A stretch of DNA of 63,051 nucleotides, counting the filler, from Octopus bimaculoides (Eukaryota): the NCBI RefSeq assembly GCF_001194135.2. It is 6 parts of 6 records of this genome, joined end to end, with 100 filler letters (N's around TTAATTAATTAA, not from the genome) between each part and the next. Parts side by side here need not be neighbours in the genome. Positions count along the whole stretch, not along the records: positions 26,734 to 38,807 come from NC_068986.1; positions 38,908 to 41,986 come from NC_068990.1; 4 more parts are not named here. One strand, 5' to 3'. The position numbers were made by a program, and so were the translations under genes. Under the pieces are notes generated by a model, which worked only from the letters and a program-made list of their open reading frames with translations, was not told where the DNA came from and did not search any database. Shown here piece after piece: positions 26,871 through 39,444 of the stretch (within the stretch, counting starts at the first letter, position 1; the number at the start of each line of letters is the position of its first letter).

Positions 26871-27289
26871 CAACATGGTTGTCCGTTCGAACGGACTTTA
26901 CTGCAATTTTTTAACCCCTAGAAGATATCTCATCTAGTTGGTTAATGATGCGCAGCTGCATCCGAGATATTGTGAACTGGAGTGCGAACCCCTACCAGCC
27001 TGGTTTCGGGCTATTTCTGCCTGTTTGTCGCTTGAAATTATAATATATTGCGAGCAGAAGCGAGTTACTGCCATCTCTAGCAGGTGAAGTATCCAGTACT
27101 GAAGGGAGGCAGAAATAGCCCGACACCAGGCTGGTCTGTTGGTCCCGTCGCTAGAAGGTGGTAGGGGTTCGCTCCTCTGTTCGCAATATTTCGGATGCAG
27201 CTGTATATCGTTAACCAGCGAGAAGAGATATCCTCTTGGGGTTAAAAAAAAAATCGCAATAAAGTCCGTTCAAACGGACAGCCATGCTG
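26871..27289. mobile_element. Long-TIR palindromic MITE (arms about 150 and 180 bp, 84-bp spacer)
   Basis: CAACATGGTTGTCCGTTCGAACGGACTTTA...TTCTGCCT is inverted relative to AGGCAGAA...TAAAGTCCGTTCAAACGGACAGCCATGCTG; no clear TSD. Confidence 0.85.
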
Positions 27290-27363
27290 AAGTGGCTACG
27301 AACATTACTTAGTACAACTCCTGCGTTGATCTCTTAGAGAGATTTTAGAACTAGCATTTTTGC

Positions 27364-27394
<31 letters not shown>

Positions 27395-27511
27395 TTTATA
27401 TGTGTGTGTGTGTGTGTATAAACACATATATACTTTTATAACTCTACTTTATATACTTTATAACTCTCTTTAGTTTTATGCAATCTGGGAGAAAGGAATT
27501 TCCACCATGTA

Positions 27512-27560
<49 letters not shown>

Positions 27561-27659
27561 TAGTACTACCTGCTATGGTTGTCTTTTTTGATAGATGTAC
27601 CGTTAGTGGGTATTTGCTTATCGCCATACAGCCGCACAAATTTCTTATTCAAGGTGTCT

Positions 27660-28236
27660 AATTACGTAAAATGAACTTGAGTGACTACACTTTTCGAACG
27701 TCTCAAATTTAGCTTTTACATATAGCTCTGGTTTCATTAATAAACCACATCTATTGCTGCCATCTTTGTAAGGCCTTTATGTTTTTTAATGATCTTCTTG
27801 TTGATATTATAGTTCGAAGTTTTTTTCTTCCTTCAGTGTCTTGTCACATTCCGTCTATCAGTGTCTCTGATGGTCTTGAGATTTGTACTTTAATTCCTCT
27901 TCTATTCCAATATACTATTTCTAAGTGACATCAGACCTTAGATTTGCTGAGATAACTTCTCCTTCGTATATAGTGGTCTCTGCATTGCAGAATCCATTCA
28001 GCGGACATGTAATGACGCATCTACGTTTAAAATTGGCTTACCTAGATATGGTAGGTTTATGGGATATAAGATTCTTCACATTAGCGTTGCAACTAATATC
28101 TTAAAGTTATGTCTGATAAAAATCTTACAATATCTAAAACTAATAGGGAAGTGCGCATCGATTAAATTTAGGAAGGTTTTACTACGTTGGACTGAACGTT
28201 TGATGAGTAGGAGGAGTAAACCAAATGGTATTGCGA
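27660..28236 (-). mobile_element. Penelope-like element relic: RT-linker and GIY-YIG endonuclease
   Basis: With frameshifts: RNTIWFTPP/YSSNVQSNV/FLNLIDAHFP...KIFIRHNFKI...TCPLNGFCNAETTIYEGEV...YIGIEEELK...PYKDGSNRCGL. Parallels the Penelope consensus WFNPPYS..V.TN.G..FL.L.D.HFP / CPL.G.C / YIG. Confidence 0.8.
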
Positions 28237-28954
28237 TGCCTTTAATTTTTAGTGTCTGATATATATACCAGAAAATGCATCTGATCTTTTGAATATATTC
28301 GCTTTTAAGGAATTATTATAGTAAGGAGCTGGCCCGTCAAAGATCTTACTTGGGGACAGATTCGAAACACTTCTACTTATATAACCGATAAAATTTTCGA
28401 ATAATGCAGGTGGATGATACGACCCAGTATTTCTGTAAGTGAGTTTATTCGTTTAGTTTTATAAATAGTTTCTGTGAGCAAATGTTTAAATCTACGACAA
28501 CATCCTGAAGATTAGCTATGCTTAAGTTGTTGCTATAGCAATTTGAAAGTCGAATGTACTGAATGTTTGAATGTTAACTTTCCTTAGTTTAAATAGCGCA
28601 TGCCTATGGGCATTTTTTAAAGAAATAACTAGTGTTATTTAATAACATCTGTATTGTAGCAGTAGTCTATACTTTTTAAAGTAACCAACATATATAATCC
28701 TATGAGATTTCATATTATTTGTGTGTGTGTGTATGTATGTGTGTGTGCGTGTGTGTGTATGTGTGTGTGTGTATGCCGTTTAGTGTCGTCTTTTGCCACA
28801 ACCACTTAAGATTTTACTTTAACAGAGGAAAGAGATAGATAGATAGATAAATAAATAAATAGATAGAGAGATAGATAGATAAATAAATAAATAGATAGAT
28901 AGATAGAGAAAGAGAGAGAGAGAGAGAGGGGGAGAGAGAGCGAGAGAGAGGGGG

Positions 28955-28986
<32 letters not shown>

Positions 28987-29084
28987 GACAGAGGCAAACA
29001 GGCAGATATATTGACAGTATGTGTAGCATACAGTTACGAATTAAAAGCGCTGATTTTGCTTGTATGTGTATGTATGTGTTTTTG

Positions 29085-29285
29085 AGTTCGTGTTTGTGTC
29101 TCACCGCCTGATAATTGGTATTGGTTTGTTCACATCCACGTAACTTAGCAGCTAAACCAAAAGCTGACAATAGAATAAGTACTAGACTTAAAATAAGTAC
29201 TAGAGTTGATTTGTTCGAGTAACCACCTAACAAATCGGTGTTTCAGTATGACCGCAGTTCAATGACTGAAACAAGTTAAAAAGAA
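29085..29285 (+). mobile_element. SINE family B, 3' half, diverged
   Basis: GTAACTTAGCAG...ATAGAATAAGTACTAG...GATTTGTTCGA...AATGACTGAAACAAGT. Confidence 0.75.
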
Positions 29286-29408
29286 AAATAGTAAATAGTA
29301 CACAGACATTTAGAGCAGTTCAAATATATTTGGGATATATTTCACCTTTACCAAGACCGTATCCACTGCTATTTGCCGTTAAGAACATTTCTCGCTTTAG
29401 GCAATATA

Positions 29409-29947
29409 CAAGATGATCGAAAAGTAGTTCCTTATTTTGAAATACTTATAAATTATTTATTAATTGTAATTTTTGTAAAAAAAAAAAAAATGAATATGAG
29501 AGAAAGCTTTTAGCAATGACGTTTTATTTAAAATTCGACATGGGTTCAGATGTCGCCACCAGTTTCTTGAGTCACCCATGAATTGCGTCAACTGATTTCA
29601 CCAGGAACTCTTCTGAGATGGAAGACTCGACTTCTCGCATTCACCCTTCAAGTTCTTCCAAAGTCTTTGGTTTGGTAGAGTAGACTTGTTCCTTTAATCA
29701 GCCCCCAAAGAAAGAAGTCATACGGTGTTGTTAAGTCGGGACTCCTGGCTGGCCACTCATGTGGACCACGATGACCCATCCATCTCGTGGGGAAGTGGGC
29801 ATTCAGCCATTTATGAACGACAATAGCAATACGATTACAGATTAAATTCTCATACTTCAAAAGACAAACAATAATTTGAGAAAAAACTACAATCAATAAA
29901 TAATTTATAAGTATTTTGAAATAGGGACTTACTTTTCAATCACCCTG
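29409..29947 (-). mobile_element. Tc1/mariner non-autonomous derivative with about 55-bp TIRs and transposase C-terminal fragment
   Basis: TA-flanked TIRs CAAGATGATCGAAAAGTAG..CC.TATTT..AAATACTTATAAATTATTTATT / inverse ending TCACCCTG; encodes WLNAHFPTRWMGHRGPHEWPARSPDLT.PYDFFLWG. Confidence 0.85.
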
Positions 29948-30002
29948 TATATTATACTACAGTACTACAAGCAATATATTAATTATACTTCAGTGGATAG
30001 TG

Positions 30003-30038
<36 letters not shown>

Positions 30039-30042
<4 letters not shown>

Positions 30043-30301
30043 TAGTATATTGCCACTTAAGTGTGGCTGACCCCTAGGGGTGGATGTTACTGTTGCTTTT
30101 AGCCCCAGGAGGACATCTCCTCCAGCTGGCTTATCGACACACTACTGTGTCCTGTTTGCCAAGGGAAGTTATCCCTCTCACCATGATCTGTAGCACGAAC
30201 GGACCCGGGTTTCAGGGTTATTTCCCTTCGACGACGTTCGATAGCCACTGATCCTTGGTGAGAGGGATAACTTCCCTTGGCAAACAGGACACAGTAGTGT
30301 G
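30039..30301. mobile_element. Long-TIR MITE family D, inserted in (TA)n, right arm runs into a gap
   Basis: AGTGTAGTATATTGCCACTTAAGTGTGGCTGACCCCTAGGGG...CCTCTCACCA, spacer, then the inverted TGGTGAGAGGGATAACTTCCCTTGGCAAACAGGACACAG; (TA)n on both sides. Confidence 0.85.
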
Positions 30302-31069
30302 NNNNNNNNNNNNNNNNNNNNNNNNNNNNNNNNNNNNNNNNNNNNNNNNNNNNNNNNNNNNNNNNNNNNNNNNNNNNNNNNNNNNNNNNNNNNNNNNNNN
30401 NNNNNNNNNNNNNNNNNNNNNNNNNNNNNNNNNNNNNNNNNNNNNNNNNNNNNNNNNNNNNNNNNNNNNNNNNNNNNNNNNNNNNNNNNNNNNNNNNNNN
30501 NNNNNNNNNNNNNNNNNNNNNNNNNNNNNNNNNNNNNNNNNNNNNNNNNNNNNNNNNNNNNNNNNNNNNNNNNNNNNNNNNNNNNNNNNNNNNNNNNNNN
30601 NNNNNNNNNNNNNNNNNNNNNNNNNNNNNNNNNNNNNNNNNNNNNNNNNNNNNNNNNNNNNNNNNNNNNNNNNNNNNNNNNNNNNNNNNNNNNNNNNATA
30701 TATATATATATATATATATAAGAGAAACGCCATTTTGTTCCTCGTTTCGTAATAAAATATATTTTCGTCATTACGATAATTGTAAAGCAGAGAACGATAT
30801 TTTTTTTTAGTGCTGAGAAATTATTTCAGACATTACTTAGAATCACTTTCTTATATTCTAAATTCATCTTTGCCATTACTGTGATTGTAATTTCCTGAGA
30901 TATGAATTCACGTTAGTTTCACAAATTGTAGCATGTGTAAATCTCTTCGAACTTTTACTCTTGCACGTCTTTGTATTAATAAGTTTTGTAATTTGTTTTC
31001 TACATTTTTTTCCCTATCAATTTATTGAAAGTTAATGCGAACTTAATTTGTGCTATATATTCTTTTATT

Positions 31070-31250
31070 CTTTTATTTATTTCAGTCATTTAACTGCGAC
31101 CATGCTGGAGCACTGCCTTTAGTCGAACAAATCGACCATAGGACTTATTCTTTGTAAGCCTTGTACTTATCCTATCGGTCTATTTTGCTGAACCGCTAGA
31201 TAACGTGGACGTAAACACACCAACATCGGTTGCCAAGCGATGGTTGAGGG
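31070..31250 (-). mobile_element. SINE family B, 3' half
   Basis: TTTCAGTCATTTAACTGCGACCATGCTGGAGCAC...AACACACCAACATCGGTTGCCAAGCGATG. Confidence 0.85.
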
Positions 31251-31255
31251 GGAAA

Positions 31256-31469
31256 CAGGCAGCGAGCTGGTAGAATTGCAACCATGCTGGACGAGATGCT
31301 TAGCGATATTTCGCTCATCGCTACGTTCTGAGTTCAAACTCTGCTTAGGTCGACTTCGATTTCATCCTTCGGGGTCGATAAATTAAGTACCAGTGAGACA
31401 CTGGCGTCGATGTTATCGACTAGTCCCCTTCCCCCAAATTTCAGGCCCCTTGTGCCTATAGTAGAAAGG
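31256..31469 (+). mobile_element. SINE family A, full length, tail type 2
   Basis: GGCAGCGAGCTGGTAGAATT...GTTCTGAGTTCAAA...CCCCCAAATTTCAGGCCCCTTGTGCCTATAGTAGAAAGG. Confidence 0.9.
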
Positions 31470-32691
31470 GTATATATATATATATATATNNNNNNNNNNN
31501 NNNNNNNNNNNNNNNNNNNNNNNNNNNNNNNNNNNNNNNNNNNNNNNNNNNNNNNNNNNNNNNNNNNNNNNNNNNNNNNNNNNNNNNNNNNNNNNNNNNN
31601 NNNNNNNNNNNNNNNNNNNNNNNNNNNNNNNNNNNNNNNNNNNNNNNNNNNNNNNNNNNNNNNNNNNNNNNNNNNNNNNNNNNNNNNNNNNNNNNNNNNN
31701 NNNNNNNNNNNNNNNNNNNNNNNNNNNNNNNNNNNNNNNNNNNNNNNNNNNNNNNNNNNNNNNNNNNNNNNNNNNNNNNNNNNNNNNNNNNNNNNNNNNN
31801 NNNNNNNNNNNNNNNNNNNNNNNNNNNNNNNNNNNNNNNNNNNNNNNNNNNNNNNNNNNNNNNNNNNNNNNNNNNNNNNNNNNNNNNNNNNNNNNNNNNN
31901 NNNNNNNNNNNNNNNNNNNNNNNNNNNNNNNNNNNNNNNNNNNNNNNNNNNNNNNNNNNNNNNNNNNNNNNNNNNNNNNNNNNNNNNNNNNNNNNNNNNN
32001 NNNNNNNNNNNNNNNNNNNNNNNNNNNNNNNNNNNNNNNNNNNNNNNNNNNNNNNNNNNNNNNNNNNNNNNNNNNNNNNNNNNNNNNNNNNNNNNNNNNN
32101 NNNNNNNNNNNNNNNNNNNNNNNNNNNNNNNNNNNNNNNNNNNNNNNNNNNNNNNNNNNNNNNNNNNNNNNNNNNNNNNNNNNNNNNNNNNNNNNNNNNN
32201 NNNNNNNNNNNNNNNNNNNNNNNNNNNNNNNNNNNNNNNNNNNNNNNNNNNNNNNNNNNNNNNNNNNNNNNNNNNNNNNNNNNNNNNNNNNNNNNNNNNN
32301 NNNNNNNNNNNNNNNNNNNNNNNNNNNNNNNNNNNNNNNNNNNNNNNNNNNNNNNNNNNNNNNNNNNNNNNNNNNNNNNNNNNNNNNNNNNNNNNNNNNN
32401 NNNNNNNNNNNNNNNNNNNNNNNNNNNNNNNNNNNNNNNNNNNNNNNNNNNNNNNNNNNNNNNNNNNNNNNNNNACTCTATTCAGCTGAATAGACGTCAG
32501 TGATTGGTTGAAATTACAGAAATACGACAACTTTAACATGGAATAACTTGCGATGTACCTTTTTTTGTTAAGAAGACTAAGAGTAAAAGATGTTTTATAT
32601 GACACATTCTACCAGTGTCCCAAGTTTCAAAGTGTTTCGTTAGTGTTTCGTTAAGAAAATACTGGTGCCCCCGTTTTGAAATAGATCCGAA

Positions 32692-32825
32692 ATTTCCACA
32701 AGACACCTGATGAAGGCTGGAGGGTATATCAGCTGAAACGTTGTGTTAATAACAAACAAGATGAGGACAAATATCCATCAAATGTAAATAATGTAAATAA
32801 TTCCTCATCTCTTAAATATAGAACT
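32692..32825 (+). mobile_element. Penelope-type terminal repeat fragment carrying a hammerhead motif
   Basis: CCTGATGAAGGCTGG...CAGCTGAAACGTTGTGTT...GATGAGGACAAATATCC...TGTAAATAATGTAAATAAT; PLE assignment inferred from the hammerhead architecture. Confidence 0.6.
32703..32746 (+). ncRNA. Minimal type I hammerhead ribozyme motif
   Basis: ACAC-CUGAUGA-a-GGCUG[10-nt loop]CAGCU-GAAA-CGUU^GUGU. Helix I ACAC/GUGU, helix II 5 bp with one G.U, palindromic ACGU helix III, GUU cleavage triplet. Confidence 0.7.
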
Positions 32826-33084
32826 ATATAGTACGAAACATCTGCACAAAGCGCCGCACAGTGGGACTGATCTCAAAACCACGTGCTTGGGAAGTATGCT
32901 TCGTAGGGATTGACGCAGACCTTTCTTAACCATATTATTTCCTTTCGCTTATAAGCGTTTAACATCAGTGTAATACCACCTCCCCTACCACTACCACTAC
33001 CACTACCACTAAGATTAATACCACCCGCTCTATGTGTGCGTGCGTGCGTGCGTGCGTAAATATCATATACATACAAACATGCAT

Positions 33085-33148
<64 letters not shown>

Positions 33149-33342
33149 GCGCGCGTGTATGAGGGTGGTTGTGTATGTGCGTGCGTGTGTGTGTATAGAC
33201 ATGTATATATATGCTTGTACAGACATCTATGTTTGTTGCGATGCATGTATGTTGTGATGAATGTAAAATAGTTAATACATGTTTTTCAGAGCATGTAATT
33301 AAGGCACATATTGAAAAGAGATAAGCAAAATGACAATTGCTG

Positions 33343-33379
<37 letters not shown>

Positions 33380-35688
33380 AGGGAGGGAGAGAAACCGACA
33401 GATAGACAAACAGAGAAAAATAAGAAAGAGAGAGTAAAGAGAAAGAGATAGAGAGGTGGCGGAGCGAGTAAGGGAATTTAAGATGTATGATTATACTTAT
33501 GTACTTGAGTTATGTGATATCCTTCAAGTATTTATTTCTTGCTAAGTCATGTGGAATACTATAATTAATAGGAATTTTTCTTTGCTTTATGTTTTAATGT
33601 TTTATCCACGCTTTAGAAAGCATGGATCATCTAAAGTTCCTCACACTTTTACCATGGTTTAGCTATTGGATTAGTTACGGCTCTGTCAGTCCGAAGTGAT
33701 GCTCTATTCATCAGCACACAAGTTAAACGTTAAGCATCGCTCCCTTTTACGATATGCACACTTAGTTTTCAATGTCTACATGAGATAAATAATGAATGCC
33801 TAATTTCAAGAGCACAGACCTTCTCAGCTGATAGCATTTTATATTCAAAAAAGATTAATTTGGAATGGACATGCTTCGGGAAGGCCAAATATGCAATTAG
33901 CCACTCTTTTGATTGGAAAAATAAAGCTGTCGAATCTCATGAAGAGCTTTGAGGAAGACATTGTTCCCCAATTTAATTATAATTTAACTTGATGCAATAT
34001 TAGATTTAACAAGGCTACAGAACTTGGCACAGACAGGGGAAGAGCATTAGAGGAAAGCGGCACTGTTGAATACTTGACCGTCTCTTACATTGTAAATTGC
34101 CTCTCACGGAAACGGAAGTGGATATCGAAGAAGTTGGAAAATTATTGGTCTGTTGCATCCTTAAGGACTCTCATCTCTTCGTGTAAATTGGAGCAAGTCA
34201 CCCTGGTAGAATCAACCCACCCTTTCATCATTCTTCTAACAAAATGACAAGATATAAGTCCAACGCTAAGTAGACCTGTCTGCTAGAAAGAACAGTTCAA
34301 ATCTCCTCCAAATCATATCCTCCTCTTTTTACTAGGGCGGGACACACTGAGTAATGTAGGCCTAGGTACACAAGATTCGACAAAGGGACGGACGGAATTG
34401 TCATGGATAGAACGGCTTTGTTCATTGGCTTACTCCAGCAGGGCTGACGTGTGGTTAAACAACAACAATGACAGCAACAACAAAATCGCTGCTTCTTACA
34501 ATGACTACAACGGCATCTTAGGTCCTTGGTCATCAACCCGATGGAAATTTATTTACCGAAAACAGAGATGCTAATGAACTGCGCCATTGAAAGTTGGTGG
34601 ATCAAGCAATTGAAAGTTGAATATCTTTGAAGAGCATGATATACTTTGGCATATTTGCCGTTGCATCAGTCTCCGTCCACAGTCGTCTTGGCCTGGTCAT
34701 GCCACTGGATTCAACATGGTCACAGATGAGATAATGAAGTTGACGGTGGTCACCTCTCTTCACTTTAAACAAAATCACCGTGTACCATTAGTCATCCTTA
34801 AAGATAACCTGATGATGTTCGTTGCTTCGACAGATGAACATGTGCAAATAGTAGGCAATTCTCCCTTAAATCGAGCACTATCTTATTGAATAAAGGACGC
34901 GTTAGATAATGTAGCCTTACATATTGCTAAATAGATAGATGGTCAAAGCTGGAATGCCTTTGATAATAGGGGTGGAGGGACTGATTTACCCTCAAAGACT
35001 AGGAACACTTAACCCTTTAACCGCGAAATTAAGCTTCATGATTATTCTAGTAATGATACTAAATATCTATAAAAGAAATAGAATTGGGTATTGTCTGGAA
35101 ATCACGTTGCTTCACTAAACTTAACATATCTCAACTTAAAATAGTCTCAAACATGACATTCCTCAACAAAAGATAGATTGGATTTAATAAAACTGTTTTC
35201 CGCAGTAACATGTAATGAAATTTTAAGTGGATATATTTGATTCCTGCAGAGCAAAAGGGTTAAAGAAGACCTGAAAATGCCGTCGGTCCTAAATCTCTTC
35301 ATTGGACAAATAGAAAAAAAAAAATGGATAAATAAATGAATAAATAAATAAACAACAAAAATTAATATTGTCATTAATTTTGTCACGGTTATTGCAAATT
35401 AGTTTGTCATTTATTGTTTTGAAGTTATTTTCGCACTGTTTTTTTACAGATTTTTATTATTCTTTTCCTCTCGCTCCCGAGCCGGTTAACTATTTATTTT
35501 AAACGAAACTGACAAAGGTTAAACGGATCTCATCACAAATAAATTATTCTTTGTTCATTCGTTTTGTTTGTGTACGATTGTACCCACTTCATTTATTTAT
35601 TTGGTATTTTTTTTTTTGTATTTTTCACTTTGGTAATTTCATTTTCACGTTAAGTTATACACAAAAGACAAAAATATACGAACGAACA

Positions 35689-35719
<31 letters not shown>

Positions 35720-35810
35720 GAAAATTTTTTTGAATATATCTAGGTGGGAGGAACTCGAAAATATTGCTGAATATATGACAAAGAGAGTGCGTAGTCGCTT
35801 CAGTGTTCTT

Positions 35811-35899
<89 letters not shown>

Positions 35900-36289
35900 C
35901 TCTCTCTCTCTCTCTTTCGCACACACACACATACACACATACACACATACACACACACGTAGATATGCATACAAATGTGCGTGTATGTGTGCGTGTGTGT
36001 GCGTGCGTGTGCGTGTGCGTGTGTGTGTGCGTGCGTTCGTATCTTGTGATGTCAATGAATTTAATTGTGCATGGCAGTTAGAAATCAGAACTAGAAAAAA
36101 AAATATCTATTACGCATGAAAAAAGTAAATAAATAAAATGTCACTCTCACACACGTACATAGGCTCTTTCTCCCTTACACACACACACACACACACACAC
36201 ATTACTAGCCCCTCTAAAATAAGGTCTTTTACTAAATAACGGTATTATCGCATTTTATCTCTATCTTTCGGTATGCATTGAAATATTTT

Positions 36290-36298
36290 TTCCACGTT

Positions 36299-36333
<35 letters not shown>

Positions 36334-36471
36334 CTCTCTCTTTGCTTCTTTCTTTCTTTTTTCTTTCTCTCTTCCATCTTTCCTTCTTTCTTTCCTTTCT
36401 TTCCTTTCTTTCTTCCCTCTTTCCTTTCTTTTCTCTTTCCTTTCTTCCCTTTTTATCTTCCTTTCTCTCGT

Positions 36472-36507
<36 letters not shown>

Positions 36508-36717
36508 CCTTTCCTTCTTTTTTTTCTTCCCTTTTCCTTTCTTTTCTCCTTCCTTTCTTCCCCCTTATTCTTCCTTCCTTCCTTCTTTCCTTCCTTCCTT
36601 CCTTCATTCTTTCCTTCCTTCCCCTCTTCGTTTCTTCCTCTTTCCTTTATCGCCTCTCCCGCTTTCTCCCTTTCTTCCTTTCTTCCTTTCTTTCTTTCTT
36701 TCTTTCTTTCCTCCTTC

Positions 36718-36760
<43 letters not shown>

Positions 36761-36835
36761 CCTTTCCTTCTTTTTTCTTCCCTTTTCCTTTCTTTTCTCC
36801 TTCCTTTCTTCCCCCTTATCCTTCCTTCCTTCCTT
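36290..36835. repeat. (TTTC)n/(TTCC)n pyrimidine tract with an internal duplicated block (about 36500-36590 and 36755-36835)
   Basis: Direct inspection. Confidence 0.9.
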
Positions 36836-37796
36836 NNNNNNNNNNNNNNNNNNNNNNNNNNNNNNNNNNNNNNNNNNNNNNNNNNNNNNNNNNNNNNNNN
36901 NNNNNNNNNNNNNNNNNNNNNNNNNNNNNNNNNNNNNNNNNNNNNNNNNNNNNNNNNNNNNNNNNNNNNNNNNNNNNNNNNNNNNNNNNNNNNNNNNNNN
37001 NNNNNNNNNNNNNNNNNNNNNNNNNNNNNNNNNNNNNNNNNNNNNNNNNNNNNNNNNNNNNNNNNNNNNNNNNNNNNNNNNNNNNNNNNNNNNNNNNNNN
37101 NNNNNNNNNNNNNNNNNNNNNNNNNNNNNNNNNNNNNNNNNNNNNNNNNNNNNNNNNNNNNNNNNNNNNNNNNNNNNNNNNNNNNNNNNNNNNNNNNNNN
37201 NNNNNNNNNNNNNNNNNNNNNNNNNNNNNNNNNNNNNNNNNNNNNNNNNNNNNNNNNNNNNNNNNNNNNNNNNNNNNNNNNNNNNNNNNNNNNNNNNNNN
37301 NNNNNNNNNNNNNNNNNNNNNNNNNNNNNNNNNNNNNNNNNNNNNNNNNNNNNNNNNNNNNNNNNNNNNNNNNNNNNNNNNNNNNNNNNNNNNNNNNNNN
37401 NNNNNNNNNNNNNNNNNNNNNNNNNNNNNNNNNNNNNNNNNNNNNNNNNNNNNNCACCACCGCCACCACCACCGCAAACACCACCACCACCACTACCACC
37501 ACCACCGCAAACACTACCACCTTCACCGTCACCCTCATCAACATCGCCAGCGAAGCCCATTATCCCAGTCATCATCACAGCATATCGTTCTGCTAACGAG
37601 CTCCAATTATTTCATAATCACTAACAATGGAAATAATTTCGTGAGATAGAATTCAGAGTTATATCTAATCGGCTTCATGATCAATGTCTTTCTCGATCGT
37701 TCATTGATTCATTCATCTTTTCTAGTTCTTTATGTTTTTACTTTTATTCCCTGCTATCCCTCTCTCACTCAATCTCTCCGTTTCTCTCCCTCCCTC

Positions 37797-37885
37797 CCTC
37801 TTTCTAGCTCCTACTCTCCCTCTTTCTAGCTCCTACTATCCCTCTTTCTAGCTCCTACTATCTCTCTTTCTAGCTCCTACTCTCC
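37797..37885. repeat. Minisatellite, four 22-bp units (CTCTTTCTAGCTCCTACT[A/C]TC[C/T])
   Basis: TTTCTAG starts at 37801, 37823, 37845, 37867. Confidence 0.95.
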
Positions 37886-38767
37886 CGTTGCTCTTCGTAC
37901 TATCTTATTCTCTTTTCTTTTCATATAGTCTTCCATTTCCTTTTTTTTACTCTCTTTCTCTCTCTTTCTCTCTCTCTGAAAAGTAAAGATAACATTTCAC
38001 CAAACCCNNNNNNNNNNNNNNNNNNNNNNNNNNNNNNNNNNNNNNNNNNNNNNNNNNNNNNNNNNNNNNNNNNNNNNNNTATATATATATGTACATACAT
38101 ACAAACATATACAGAGAAAGGGAGAAAGAGAGCGCGGGAGAGAGAGAGATTTCCTCAGCAATTATATAAGAGAGATAGATGAAAGGTAAGAAAACCTTTA
38201 ATACGCGCGCATACATACATACATACATACATACATACATACATACATACATACATACCTATCTATATATTCACACACGTATATACAGGCAGACAGACAG
38301 ATAGGCAAGCAGATAGTAAACAGAACGATCTCCCAAAACATATTATCTCCCTTCCCTCTCGCGTTTTTTTTTTTGCCATATTTCAAATAAATTTTATTTT
38401 AATTTTAGTATTTGATGATTTAAAGTATGCTATCTTTGAATCTATTTCAATAGTAGTTTGGTAATTTTTACACTCCATAAAAAAGTATTCCGCTTTACGT
38501 TGTAGTACATACATACATACATCCATGCATACACACACACACACATATATATATACATATATATGTGTATGTATATATATACATATGTATATACGTATAT
38601 ATGTATATGTATGATATATATGCATATACATATATATACATATATATACAAATATATAAAAAAAATATATATAATATATAAATATACATATACACATGCA
38701 TAGTTATATATATATGTACATACACACACACACATATATATATTTATATATGCATGTAATATAAATG

Positions 38768-38807
<40 letters not shown>

Positions 38808-38907
38808 NNNNNNNNNNNNNNNNNNNNNNNNNNNNNNNNNNNNNNNNNNNNTTAATTAATTAANNNNNNNNNNNNNNNNNNNNNNNNNNNNNNNNNNNNN
38901 NNNNNNN
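38808..38907. other. Artificial scaffold join with six-frame stop linker
   Basis: 44 N + TTAATTAATTAA (38852-38863) + 44 N. Confidence 0.95.
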
Positions 38908-39444
38908 CTGCCCCTCGTAAACTGAAATAAGAAAGGATAGGTGGATTATAAAAATTTAAGAAATTAAGATGCATGTAAAGAGGCATGATAGATGTAATTT
39001 CTATTCAGTAATAAAAAGAATCTATATCCCTATCCTTACCCTTAAATATGCTTCCTTGACGATGAGCAGGTCATCAGAAACCACATCTGTTTCTTTTTTT
39101 TTTTTTTTTTTTTTTTTCTTAATACACACAGAACACACTCAGACATGTTCCGGTCTCATTCTGACCTCATCAATATAGAAAATTCCACATAGCTACTGCC
39201 ACGGTGACGAAGTATAAGTCAAGCAGCACCTATTTACAGGTACAGACAAAAGATATTCAGTTATATACTTCCTAAAAATATTTAATGATAAAAATATAAA
39301 AGAAGGTTTCAAACATCGATTGGCTGTGGGATGAGGGGTCCACCCAAGTAAAACAGGAATCAAGAGGGTCTATAGAAACAAAATGGTTAAGAACCATTAG
39401 TTTAGTGGATTAACTCCCATAAACTAACAACTACAACTATCACT

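Noticed and set aside
33990-34245. About 84-codon open stretch on the plus strand
   Set aside because: No start or splice context and no recognisable motif; lies among probable decayed repeats
37797-37885. Regular short repeats as a possible CRISPR-like array
   Set aside because: Units are directly adjacent with no unique spacers; eukaryotic minisatellite
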